Shown piece by piece: positions 27,647 through 36,780 of a stretch of DNA of 64,000 bases. The position numbers and the translations under genes were made by a program. Position 1 is the first letter of the stretch. The number at the start of each line of letters is the position of its first letter. The DNA is from Bacteroidales bacterium (GTDB lineage Bacteria; Bacteroidota; Bacteroidia; Bacteroidales; VadinHA17). The stretch spans positions 15,127 through 79,126 of the forward strand of contig JARKQN010000039.1 of NCBI GenBank assembly GCA_029974835.1, given 5' to 3'. The notes beneath the pieces are model-generated. The model made no database searches and was not told the origin of the DNA. It saw only the letters and a program-made list of their open reading frames with translations.

Positions 27647-28570
27647 TTGATTAACGGTAATTATAACCTGCTTGTTATTACAGGGCCGACAGCCATGGGA
27701 AAAACAAGGGTTGCTGCCCTGACCGCCTCGCGGATCAACGGGGAGGTAATAAGCGCCGACTCGCGGCAGGTATATCGCCGCATGAATCTTGGAACCGGTA
27801 AAGATTACGATGATTATCTGGTAAACGGCGTAAGTGTCCCGTATCATCTTGTCGACATTGCCGAACCAGGGTCAAAGTATAACCTGTTTGAATTTCAGCG
27901 GGATTTTATCAGAGTTTACAACGAAATCGTCTCCGGATCCTCTTTCCCTGTTGTCTGCGGAGGTTCAGGCATGTATATCGACAGCATCGTCTCGGGTTAC
28001 AGGCTGGCGGAGGTGCCTCCCGATATTAATCTGAGGAGGGAACTTGAAAAGAAATCACTTGAGGAACTGACTGAGATCCTGAAGAGCTATAAAAAACTTC
28101 ACAACAAGACGGATATAGACACTGTAAAACGCGCAGTGAGGGCAATTGAGATTGAAAAGTATTACCAGGAGAACAGAGAGATGATCCGTGATTTTCCTGC
28201 GCTGAAGTGCCTTGTGGTCGGAATTAATGCCGGGAGGGAGGTAAGGCGGAGCAGGATATCGCAGAGGCTCAGGCAGAGAATTGAAAACGGACTGATAGAT
28301 GAAGTAAGAAGCCTTCTTGATGAAGGCATTGACAGTGAAACTCTTGTCTATTACGGGCTTGAGTATAAATATGTTACATTATACCTGACGGGAAGGCTTG
28401 AATATGAGGAGATGTACAGGAAGCTTGAGACTGAGATTCACCGTTTTGCCAAACGCCAGATGACATGGTTCAGGGGCATGGAACGCAGAGGCATTAAGAT
28501 CCACTGGCTCGATGTAAACGATCCCGACGATACAAAAGTCGATTATATCCTCAACCTTCTCCTTAAATAA
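27647..28570 (+). CDS. miaA: tRNA dimethylallyltransferase
   Basis: P-loop ITGPTAMGKT, then ISADSRQVYRRMNLGTGK, and the C-terminal RFAKRQMTWFR. The start is a TTG with no nearby ATG. Confidence 0.9.
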   Translation: MINGNYNLLVITGPTAMGKTRVAALTASRINGEVISADSRQVYRRMNLGTGKDYDDYLVNGVSVPYHLVDIAEPGSKYNLFEFQRDFIRVYNEIVSGSSFPVVCGGSGMYIDSIVSGYRLAEVPPDINLRRELEKKSLEELTEILKSYKKLHNKTDIDTVKRAVRAIEIEKYYQENREMIRDFPALKCLVVGINAGREVRRSRISQRLRQRIENGLIDEVRSLLDEGIDSETLVYYGLEYKYVTLYLTGRLEYEEMYRKLETEIHRFAKRQMTWFRGMERRGIKIHWLDVNDPDDTKVDYILNLLLK

Positions 28571-28594
28571 TCTCCATCCTCACCCTTACATTCT

Positions 28595-28624
28595 CACACT
28601 CACACTCACACTCACTCTCACTTC
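28595..28624. repeat. G-free hexamer microsatellite (CACWCT)x5
   Basis: Units are cacact cacact cacact cactct cacttc. It fills the 47-bp gap between the convergent miaA and S9 peptidase genes and runs into the peptidase stop codon (28618-28620). The same motif occurs at 44925-44996. Confidence 0.85.
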
Positions 28625-30678
28625 AGCCACTTATCGAGCCATTCAAAATACTCTCTCTGCCAGATGACTGCATTCTGAGGCCTTGTGACAAAGTGCGTTT
28701 CATCCTCAAAAAAGAGCAGTTTGCTGGGCACGCCCCTGAGCTGTGCGGCCGTGAAAGCCTCCATGCTCTGGGTATAGGGTATTCTGAAGTCATTTTGTCC
28801 GGTAATTATTAAAATTGGAGTATCCCAGTTTTTAACCAGAAGGTGGGGTGAGAATTTATAGCTCGGGAGGTTTTCCCAGTATGGTCCTCCGAAGTCTTTG
28901 TTAGGAAACCATAGTTCTTCGGTGGAGCCGTACCAGCTTTCGAAGTTGAACATACCGCAGTGTGATACGAAGGCTTTGAATCGTTTCTGGTGAACGCCGG
29001 CCAGATAGAAGACCGAGTAACCTCCGTAGCTGGCCCCCACGGCACCCATCCTGTCGGCGTCAACATACGGCTGTTTTGCCATAAAGTCGGTGGCATCGAG
29101 ATAATCCTGTATGTTTTTCCCTCCGTAATCGCCTGAGATCTGTTCTTTCCATGCCTGTCCGAAACCGGAATTGCCTCTGCGGTTTGGAGCCACGACAATA
29201 TATCCTTTTGCAGCCATCATCTGGTAGTTCCACCGGTACGACCAGCTCTGTCCGAGAGGGCCCTGAGGTCCGCCCTTGCAGAAAAGAAGGAGCGGGTATT
29301 TCTGTGAGGGATCAAAACCGGGGGGATAAATCACCCACATCTGCAGATCCTTGTTGTCTTTGGTACGTGTGTACTTTTCCTCGACCTTTCCCATGCGGAT
29401 ATGGTCGTAGATATAATCGTTAATGCCTGTAACCTTCTTTACGGATCCGTCGGTCAGATCAATAACCGCGATTTCGGGAGCCATCGACATTGACATGATT
29501 GTGGCTGCCATTTTGCCGGAGTTTATCTGAAGCCCTCCGAGGTCGTGCACTCCTTCTGTGACTTTAGTCACACCCCTGTTCTGAAGGTCTGTTTTAAAGA
29601 CCTGGGCTGTTCCGAGGTAAGAACAGGTAAAATAGATGGTGTTATTGTCGGCCCATGCGATATTCTCGACATCGAAATCCCATCCCTGCGTAACCCATGA
29701 TTTTGTTTTTCCGGGGATGTCATAAACGAAAAGTCTTTCGAGGTCCGATTCATAGCCGTCGCGTTCCATGCTTTGCCAGGCAATCTTTGAACCGTCGGGC
29801 GAGAAGACCGGGTATCTGTCATACCCCTTAATGCCTTCACTGATGTTTATTTCCGTACCTGCAGCAAGGTCGTAGAGGTAAATGTCGGTATTTGTGCTTA
29901 CGGCATCTTCCCTGCCGCGCAGGCGTTTGGTGGTGTAGGCGATGTACTTCCCGTCGGGGCTCCACGATATTTCGGCGCCGTCGAAGTAGGGAGCAACCGG
30001 TGATTCAAATCTCTGGCCTTCCATCAGGTCTTTCTCTTCCGAAACTTTCCTGCCGTCGAAGGAGGCAACAAACAGATGGCTGTAAGAGTAATCGGACCAG
30101 TAATTCCAGTGTCTGTACATAAGGTCGTCAATGATTCTCACCTTAGCCTTCGGAAGGTTGTGCTTTTCGTTGGCTGTGGTATCAAGTTTGACCCTTCTCG
30201 TAAACCATATTTTATCGCCCGCGGGTGATATGCTCCACGACTCAAAATCTTCCAGACCTTCAACCTTAACCGGTTCGGAACCGTTGTCATTCATGACATA
30301 CAGTGAGCCTCCTCTTGTGAATGCGATCTTTTTGCCGTTGTTTATCCACTGCGGAGAGGATCCGCCTTCGGGTGCAAGGTTGACGGGTTCTCCGCCGGTG
30401 ACGGCAATTTTATACAACCCCGTTTTTCTGGCTTCGGTTGCCAGGTCGGTTTTTGTAACCGAATAAACTATTGATTCACCGTCGGGCGAGAGTGCAAAGG
30501 AGCCCAGGCGGGAGAATTTCCACATAATTTCAGGGGTCATCAGGCCGTCAGCCTTCTCTTTTTCGGTGAGGTCCACGCTGAAATCGGACTGTGCAGGGGG
30601 TACATTCTTATTGCCGCTTTTGCATCCTGCCGCCAGCAGGATGAGTAAAAGCGGTAGGGAAATAAAACATCTTTTCAT
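28618..30678 (-). CDS. S9-family serine peptidase lipoprotein (prolyl oligopeptidase / acylaminoacyl peptidase type, TolB-like propeller N-domain)
   Basis: Lipoprotein signal LLILLAAGC. PD40-like repeats are LSPDGESIVY and WSPDGKYIAY. Nucleophile motif GASYGGY, Asp context TGQNDFRIP, and His context EDETHFV. Confidence 0.85.
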   Translation of the reverse strand: MKRCFISLPLLLILLAAGCKSGNKNVPPAQSDFSVDLTEKEKADGLMTPEIMWKFSRLGSFALSPDGESIVYSVTKTDLATEARKTGLYKIAVTGGEPVNLAPEGGSSPQWINNGKKIAFTRGGSLYVMNDNGSEPVKVEGLEDFESWSISPAGDKIWFTRRVKLDTTANEKHNLPKAKVRIIDDLMYRHWNYWSDYSYSHLFVASFDGRKVSEEKDLMEGQRFESPVAPYFDGAEISWSPDGKYIAYTTKRLRGREDAVSTNTDIYLYDLAAGTEINISEGIKGYDRYPVFSPDGSKIAWQSMERDGYESDLERLFVYDIPGKTKSWVTQGWDFDVENIAWADNNTIYFTCSYLGTAQVFKTDLQNRGVTKVTEGVHDLGGLQINSGKMAATIMSMSMAPEIAVIDLTDGSVKKVTGINDYIYDHIRMGKVEEKYTRTKDNKDLQMWVIYPPGFDPSQKYPLLLFCKGGPQGPLGQSWSYRWNYQMMAAKGYIVVAPNRRGNSGFGQAWKEQISGDYGGKNIQDYLDATDFMAKQPYVDADRMGAVGASYGGYSVFYLAGVHQKRFKAFVSHCGMFNFESWYGSTEELWFPNKDFGGPYWENLPSYKFSPHLLVKNWDTPILIITGQNDFRIPYTQSMEAFTAAQLRGVPSKLLFFEDETHFVTRPQNAVIWQREYFEWLDKWLK

Positions 30679-30701
30679 GACTGGTCTGGTTAAAGACGGG
30701 T

Positions 30702-31733
30702 TTACTGTTTTTTCAGCGCTTCTGTGATTTTGGTTTTAAGCTCTTCATAAAGCTCGGGGTTGTCTTTTATTATCTGCTTGACAGCATCGCGGCCCTGTCC
30801 GAGTTTGGTGTCTCCGTAACTGAACCATGATCCGCTCTTTTTGATGATGTCGAAATCGACGCCGAGATCGACTATCTCTCCAAGCTGGGAAATTCCTTCA
30901 CCGTAAAGGATGTCGAAGTCAGCCTTTTTAAAGGGCGGAGCCAGTTTGTTTTTGACAACTTTCACTCTTGTCCGGTTCCCTATTATTTCCTCGCCTTCCT
31001 TAATCTGGTTGGTTTTCCTGATGTCGAGTCTAACGGAGGCATAGAATTTCAGAGCGTTTCCGCCGGTTGTTGTTTCAGGATTCCCGAACATGACCCCGAT
31101 TTTCTCCCTCAGCTGGTTTATAAAAATGCAGGAGGTGTTAGTTTTGTTGATGTTTGCGGTGAGTTTTCTCAGGGCCTGCGACATCAAACGTGCCTGCAGT
31201 CCCATTTTCGAGTCGCCCATTTCGCCTTCAATCTCCGCTTTTGGGGTAAGGGCGGCAACGGAGTCGATAACAATAATGTCGAGAGCTCCTGACCTTATGA
31301 GATGATCGGCGATTTCGAGAGCCTGTTCGCCGTTGTCGGGCTGGGAGATAAGAAGGTTTTCCACATCGACACCCAGTTTCTCGGCGTAATTCCGGTCGAA
31401 GGCGTGTTCGGCGTCAATAATTGCTGCGATGCCTCCGTTCTTCTGGGCTTCGGCGATGGCATGAATTGCCAGTGTCGTTTTTCCGGATGCTTCGGGACCA
31501 TATATTTCAATCACCCTGCCTCGCGGAAGGCCTCCGATACCAAGGGCTGCGTCGAGACCAATGGAGCCTGTCGAGATGACCTGAACATTGTCGACGGCAT
31601 GATCGCCCAGTTTCATTATTGTTCCTTTGCCAAAGTCCTTTTCAATCTTTCCGAGTGTAACCTCAAGGGCTTTGAGCTTTTCCTTGTTCATTTCTTTCTT
31701 TTCGGTACTCATATCTGTTTTTTTATTTTTCAT
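30702..31733 (-). CDS. recA: Recombinase RecA
   Basis: Motifs seen: [44 protein letters not shown] and [37 protein letters not shown] trimmed the start to the ATG at 31733 (31712 is also possible) because the track start at 31808 would overlap bcp. Confidence 0.97.
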   Translation of the reverse strand: MKNKKTDMSTEKKEMNKEKLKALEVTLGKIEKDFGKGTIMKLGDHAVDNVQVISTGSIGLDAALGIGGLPRGRVIEIYGPEASGKTTLAIHAIAEAQKNGGIAAIIDAEHAFDRNYAEKLGVDVENLLISQPDNGEQALEIADHLIRSGALDIIVIDSVAALTPKAEIEGEMGDSKMGLQARLMSQALRKLTANINKTNTSCIFINQLREKIGVMFGNPETTTGGNALKFYASVRLDIRKTNQIKEGEEIIGNRTRVKVVKNKLAPPFKKADFDILYGEGISQLGEIVDLGVDFDIIKKSGSWFSYGDTKLGQGRDAVKQIIKDNPELYEELKTKITEALKKQ

Positions 31734-31737
31734 AATA

Positions 31738-32187
31738 TTACAATATCTGTTCAGTGTGGTTGGCGGTATCAACCTTGCGTATAATCTTTTCAATAATTCC
31801 TTTTTCATCGATAAGAAAAGTTGTTCTCAGCACTCCGGTGACCGTTTTTCCGTACATTTTTTTCTCACCCCATGCGCCGTACATCTGCATTATCTTCTTA
31901 TCCTGATCAGCCAGCAGAGGGAAGGGGAGAGAGAATTTTTCCGAGAATCCCCTGTGCGATTTTTCGGAGTCGGGACTGACTCCTATTACAACAAACCCCT
32001 TTTTCAGGAGTACGGAGTGATTATCGCGCAGGTTGCAGGCCTCAGCCGTACACCCGGGCGTATTGTCCTTTGGATAGAAGTAAAGAACAACCTTCTTTCC
32101 TTTGAAACCTGATAGTTTCACGGTGTTCCCGTACTGATCCTTACCTTCAAAGTCCGGGGCTGCCTGTCCTTCAGAAAGATCTGCCAT
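31738..32187 (-). CDS. bcp: Thioredoxin-dependent thiol peroxidase (Bcp-type peroxiredoxin)
   Basis: The peroxidatic Cys motif is [16 protein letters not shown]. It is 149 aa and ends 4 nt before the recA start. Confidence 0.9.
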   Translation of the reverse strand: MADLSEGQAAPDFEGKDQYGNTVKLSGFKGKKVVLYFYPKDNTPGCTAEACNLRDNHSVLLKKGFVVIGVSPDSEKSHRGFSEKFSLPFPLLADQDKKIMQMYGAWGEKKMYGKTVTGVLRTTFLIDEKGIIEKIIRKVDTANHTEQIL

Positions 32188-32195
32188 ATTTTTAC

Positions 32196-32203
32196 TATTT
32201 TTG
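32196..32203 (+). promoter_or_regulatory. -7 box TAttTTTG
   Basis: TATTTTTG lies 44 nt upstream of the TTG at 32247 and 107 nt upstream of the ATG at 32310. Confidence 0.35.
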
Positions 32204-32246
32204 CATTTACTGTAAAATTAAGAAGTTTGGCCAGTATAATAAAATA

Positions 32247-33899
32247 TTGGCTGCAATTGTTATCAACAATAAATTACAAAATGCAGGTAAAGCAGTGAGG
32301 AGTGAAACGATGTCACAGAAAAACTTAACTAAAAGTAATCCGTCAGGCCGGGGGGTGACAGTTTCAATACTGCTTTATTTGTCACTTCTGATCCTCCCGG
32401 TAACGGGCATGTCGCAGGTTCAGGATTTCAGGCCTTCCCGCCAGGCTGCTTCAGAAGCTTTCTCAGGGAACGATTTCGAGGAAGCTTACAGGCACTATTC
32501 TGCGCTTCTGACTCTTTATCCGAAAGATCCTCTCTACAGGTACCTTGCAGGCATCTGCCTCGTAAGGCTTCAGAGAGATCCTATGCTTGCCGTGAGGCAT
32601 CTTAAGGAAGCGGCAGAAAATACAGGCGCCATTAAACCTGTGCCCTCCGATGTCTGGTTCTGGCTTGGCCGGGCTCAGCATCTCGCAGGTATGTATGATG
32701 AGGCTGTTGCCTCCTATAATAAGTACACCGACCTTGCAGGAAAGAAGAGTGCAAGGGAACTGAAGGTGCCCGATTACTTAAAGGAAGCTTCGGAAGGAAA
32801 AGGCAGACTTGTCCTTCCCGAAACCGTGACTGAAGTCAGTAAACCTTCAGGCGCACCGGTTCAATTAAAGGCGGGCAGACCCTCCGAACCGGAAGTCAGA
32901 GAACAGGTGGAATTAAAGGCTGAGCCGGAACCTGCCCCTCCGGAGGTTGACGAAATGCTCGGTAAGTTGCTTGCCGATACATCGCGGAAGGCCGATGCCG
33001 CCCTAAAAACAAGTGAAGTTGCAGCCGTCAGGAACAGCAGTGAGAGCGGAGGGAAACCGGCAGTTAATCCTCCTGCCCTAAGACCTGATACAACGAAAGT
33101 GACACGTGAAGTCACTGCCCCGCGGGAAGGACAAACAGTGCCGGCAGCTGATGCAAAAGCCGGTGCAGCTGCTTTAAAGATGTCAGATTCCGTTTACAAA
33201 CCGGTCACACGAAAGAAGCCCGTATATTCCCTGTTTGAGATTACGGATAAACCCCGGACGGAAAAAATTCCGGTTAATCCGTCTGTTCCTCCGGGACTGA
33301 TCTACCGCATTCAGGTGGCCATTTTCAAGAACCCGGTGGCTGCATCATATTTCAAGGGGCTGACACCTGTTGAAGGATTTAAAAACCCGGGATCGGAGCT
33401 TACTGTATATTATGCAGGTCTTTTCAGAAAGGCATCTGACGCCTCGCAGGCACTTCCAAAAGTGAGGTCGCACGGTTTTAAGGATGCATTTGTTGTGGCG
33501 TTGATGGACGGCAGGCAGGTATCGGCCGACAGGGCGGCGGTACTTGAGAAAGAGTGGGGCTCAAAGCCATTGTTTGAAGAGGAGGTGCAGGCTGCTCCTG
33601 CCGACACTGTTCCACCAACCCTTGTTTTCAGAGTGGAGCTGATGCGGTCGCAGAAACCGGTTCCCCGGGAAAAACTGGAAGAGATAAAAAGTCTGGCAGG
33701 AGACAGAGGACTCGATATTTTAACTGATGAAAAGAAACAGAGTATTTATCTCATTGGTGTTTTTCTTTCATTTAAAAGTGCAACAGAGTACTCCGACCTG
33801 CTTATCAGAAACGGGTATAAGGATGCCAGAGTAGTTGCCTATCTCGGGCAGAAGGAAATACCGGTAGAAATTGCCAGGAAGCTTTTTGAGGAGTTCTGA
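32247..33899 (+). CDS. TPR-like plus double SPOR-domain envelope protein
   Basis: TM/signal segment VTVSILLYLSLLILPV. TPR-like helices are EEAYRHYSALLTLYPKDP and GMYDEAVASYNKY. A Pro/Ala/Glu-rich linker follows. The two SPOR-like modules are YRIQVAIFKNP...GFKDAFVVAL and FRVELMRSQKP...GYKDARVVAY. The start is uncertain (TTG 32247 or ATG 32310). Confidence 0.55.
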   Translation: MAAIVINNKLQNAGKAVRSETMSQKNLTKSNPSGRGVTVSILLYLSLLILPVTGMSQVQDFRPSRQAASEAFSGNDFEEAYRHYSALLTLYPKDPLYRYLAGICLVRLQRDPMLAVRHLKEAAENTGAIKPVPSDVWFWLGRAQHLAGMYDEAVASYNKYTDLAGKKSARELKVPDYLKEASEGKGRLVLPETVTEVSKPSGAPVQLKAGRPSEPEVREQVELKAEPEPAPPEVDEMLGKLLADTSRKADAALKTSEVAAVRNSSESGGKPAVNPPALRPDTTKVTREVTAPREGQTVPAADAKAGAAALKMSDSVYKPVTRKKPVYSLFEITDKPRTEKIPVNPSVPPGLIYRIQVAIFKNPVAASYFKGLTPVEGFKNPGSELTVYYAGLFRKASDASQALPKVRSHGFKDAFVVALMDGRQVSADRAAVLEKEWGSKPLFEEEVQAAPADTVPPTLVFRVELMRSQKPVPREKLEEIKSLAGDRGLDILTDEKKQSIYLIGVFLSFKSATEYSDLLIRNGYKDARVVAYLGQKEIPVEIARKLFEEF

Positions 33900-33914
33900 C
33901 CGGGCGGTGAATAT

Positions 33915-34661
33915 TTACCGGTGCACTGACCGCTGCCTCATTATTTCATATAGCATGATACCGGCGGCCACTGAAACATTAAGGGAACCAATCTGTCCGG
34001 TAACCGGTATTTTAACAACGAGATCAGAGATTTTAAGGAGTTCCCCGCTTATGCCTCTGTCCTCAGAACCCATAATCAGCACTACAGGGCCGGAGAGATC
34101 GGCGTCAAACACCGAAAGGCTGCTCTTTTCATCGGCACAGATAACCTTCAGTCCTGATTCTTTCAGGAACTCAATTCCCCCTGTAATGCTCTTTACCCTG
34201 CAAACCGGGAAGTGGTTAAGGGCTCCGGCGGATGTTTTGACGGCATCGGCTGTGATTCGTGCCGATCCCCTGGCAGGAATAACTATTGCATGGGCACCCA
34301 TGCATGAAGCCGATCTTACGACAGCGCCGAAGTTTCTTACATCTGATACGCCGTCGAGGCAGATAAACAGGGGATCCTCTCCCTGCTCAAACACTGCCGG
34401 GAGTATGTTTTCAATTTTCTGGTACTCCACCGGAGAGATAAAAGCAAGAACACCCTGGTGGTTTTTTCTTGTGTGAAGGTTTATTCTTTCGACCGGAACA
34501 ATCTGAAAAGGGATGTTGTTTGCCGAAGCCTCTTTCATCAACTCATGGTAAAGCTGTCCCTGCAGATTCTGTTTTATCAGAAGCCTCTCCACCTGCCTGC
34601 CCTCCCTTATTGCCTCAATAACAGGTCTTAATCCGAAAATAAAGTCGGTTGCTTTTCCCAT
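33915..34661 (-). CDS. rlmB: TrmH/SpoU-family 23S rRNA (Gm2251) 2-prime-O-methyltransferase
   Basis: The N-terminal substrate-binding motif is IFGLRPVIEAIREG. SpoU motifs seen: DGVSDVRNFGAVVRSA, LIMGSEDRGIS and IPVTGQIGSLNVSVAAGIMLYE. Confidence 0.85.
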   Translation of the reverse strand: MGKATDFIFGLRPVIEAIREGRQVERLLIKQNLQGQLYHELMKEASANNIPFQIVPVERINLHTRKNHQGVLAFISPVEYQKIENILPAVFEQGEDPLFICLDGVSDVRNFGAVVRSASCMGAHAIVIPARGSARITADAVKTSAGALNHFPVCRVKSITGGIEFLKESGLKVICADEKSSLSVFDADLSGPVVLIMGSEDRGISGELLKISDLVVKIPVTGQIGSLNVSVAAGIMLYEIMRQRSVHR

Positions 34662-34665
34662 CTTG

Positions 34666-36003
34666 TTATATACCTTCAGGATTATCGAGCCTGAAAACGA
34701 TGCCTTTCCGCCACGACTGAACGGCCTTGTCCCAGTAGGTAACGGTTGTTTCGCTGCGGCTCAGGTAGTAATCGTTATCTGTAAATATATTTTCGCGTTT
34801 TTTGAATGTAAAGAACAGGTAGTCTTCTTTTACGGAATACCTCGGGCCCCATTTCGACTGAACGGATGGTTTGCGGTATCCCCATGTTTCAGCCTCGTTC
34901 GATTTGTAAAGCTTGTCGGGGGGGCCGTAAATTATGTAGATCATGCCGCGGTCGGTACGCCATCCTTCCTTCCATGATGTAAAGTAATAGTTTGCAAAAA
35001 GGGTTCTTGTGTAGTAAATCCTGATAAGTTCGCGTGCCTTTTCAACATTCCCTCCTCCGCAGTTGAGCCAGAATTCGTCGAGAGCCATCTTCGGTTTACG
35101 GACCGCAGACATGCTGTCGACCCTTGAGGCTGGAATTATGTAAGCCAGCGGCTTAAGCATCTCTTCCGGGGTGGTCATTGAAGGGAAGTCATCGCCGAAA
35201 TTAAAAAGCGTAAACCCTTCATTCACTTCGCGTGAAACCCTGAAAAGGAAAATCCCTTTCCGGGGAAACATCACGGGCAGCGTGTCGGAATAAGGCAGGG
35301 CCACAACAGTGTCCGGCTTTGTTACGATACTTCTTTCAGGCAGTACCATTGAAGGCGGGTAAGGTATCTCTTCCGAAGGAGGATAGACCGAAATGAAAAT
35401 TGAATCGGGCCTTCTTTTCCCGTAAACCACGTTGAAGAATTCATCCTTACGCACAACAGGTTTAAGAAGAGAGTTCTTCGCGACATGACCCCGTACAAAA
35501 AAGTTATAACGGTTAAAATCGGAGAGGGTGTTAAAAGGCACGAAGGCCTGAATGACAACCTGCCTTATCTTGTCGCCTGTTTTAACTTCTGCCATGTATT
35601 CATTTCCTTTCCGAACATTAAGAGGTATCTGGTAAACATATTCCTCTTTATTCGGTTCCTTCACTATGTCAAGATCGTAAAAGGCTGTATCGGCAATGGT
35701 TCTGCCCAGGGAAAGATTGTAGAGCTTTACGGCGATAAACATCTGGGCCATCGGCACGCCGGCTGGATTCGCCTCTGTGAAAAAGAGTTCATTGGTGAAA
35801 AGCTTAACCGAAAGGACCGACCTCGATTCCGATTCATTAAATATGCCGTATCGCGGATTGATATTGTTTTTCAGTGGATTATACAGGTATGAAAGATCCT
35901 TGGAATCAAATACCGTCCTTGTGGTTGAACAGGAATCAGCTAAAACTATGATGCCTGCAATCAGAACAGCGTATAAGAAGGATTTTTCAAGGTGAATTTT
36001 CAT
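34666..36003 (-). CDS. GWxTD-domain protein, secreted
   Basis: It has a signal peptide. The C-terminal signature is EGWRTDRGMIYIIYGPPD. Confidence 0.75.
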   Translation of the reverse strand: MKIHLEKSFLYAVLIAGIIVLADSCSTTRTVFDSKDLSYLYNPLKNNINPRYGIFNESESRSVLSVKLFTNELFFTEANPAGVPMAQMFIAVKLYNLSLGRTIADTAFYDLDIVKEPNKEEYVYQIPLNVRKGNEYMAEVKTGDKIRQVVIQAFVPFNTLSDFNRYNFFVRGHVAKNSLLKPVVRKDEFFNVVYGKRRPDSIFISVYPPSEEIPYPPSMVLPERSIVTKPDTVVALPYSDTLPVMFPRKGIFLFRVSREVNEGFTLFNFGDDFPSMTTPEEMLKPLAYIIPASRVDSMSAVRKPKMALDEFWLNCGGGNVEKARELIRIYYTRTLFANYYFTSWKEGWRTDRGMIYIIYGPPDKLYKSNEAETWGYRKPSVQSKWGPRYSVKEDYLFFTFKKRENIFTDNDYYLSRSETTVTYWDKAVQSWRKGIVFRLDNPEGI

Positions 36004-36024
36004 GATCTAAAAATAATAAACTTT

Positions 36025-36780
36025 TCAATGGTTTCTGTTTTCCCATTTTATCCTTAACCTGCAAAACTCTTTATTGCCTGTTTCATCTTTAACAGTGTGG
36101 TAATGAATATTGTTTTCCCCGGCACCTGAACTGATCACGAAATTGTCTCCGTATCTTGATTCGGACAGGAAATTTGCCTCAATTCCTGCCGGGACCATAG
36201 CGGCAAGGAAATCAGGGCTATAGGTGTTAAAGATCCATCGGATATAGGAGGTGTTGTTGGTATGCATGTTCATATCAATATCTCCGGTTTTAACGGTACT
36301 CACCGTCGAAACAGTCTGTTCCACGGATGGTATCTCAATTTTCCCGGCATATTTCCCTATAGCGGCCGGTACATCAGGTGCGTTGTTAAAATGTGTCAGA
36401 TCTTCGTGCGGTCTTTTGATTTTTTTTGCAGAGGAATCTATGATCAGCCATGATGAGGAGGCTGCAGCAATTTCGCTGCCATCCGGATAATTAACCCTGA
36501 AATCGCGCACAGCGAAAAGCTTATCTGTACCCCGCGGCCATGTACTTACTGTTATCAGGTCTTCCCATGATGGCCATTTAACGATTCTGACCTCCATTCT
36601 TGAAAGCACCCAGAACCTGTTCATCTTCATAAGGTCTGATCGGCCGAAGCCTAACCTTTCTGCATGGATTGCTGCAATATCCTGAAGGTAGTTGAACAGT
36701 GCAAAAGGCTGGAGCAGCCCGTCAAAACCGGTTTCGTAAACGTGCACCTTATAATCCATGCTTAACAAATGGCTGCTCAT
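36025..36780 (-). CDS. Acyl-ACP thioesterase (double hotdog fold)
   Basis: The size and N-terminal pattern are typical of the FatA/B-like bacterial family: YETGFDGLLQPFALFNYLQDIAAIHAERLGFG...NRFWVLSRMEV. This call was made by eye. Confidence 0.65.
   Translation of the reverse strand: MSSHLLSMDYKVHVYETGFDGLLQPFALFNYLQDIAAIHAERLGFGRSDLMKMNRFWVLSRMEVRIVKWPSWEDLITVSTWPRGTDKLFAVRDFRVNYPDGSEIAAASSSWLIIDSSAKKIKRPHEDLTHFNNAPDVPAAIGKYAGKIEIPSVEQTVSTVSTVKTGDIDMNMHTNNTSYIRWIFNTYSPDFLAAMVPAGIEANFLSESRYGDNFVISSGAGENNIHYHTVKDETGNKEFCRLRIKWENRNH

Noticed and set aside
31734-31808. 25-codon N-terminal extension of RecA in the track ORF
   Set aside because: It would overlap the 3-prime end of bcp by 71 nt, and its sequence ([25 protein letters not shown]) is not RecA-like. 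The ATG at 31733 or 31712 fits better.
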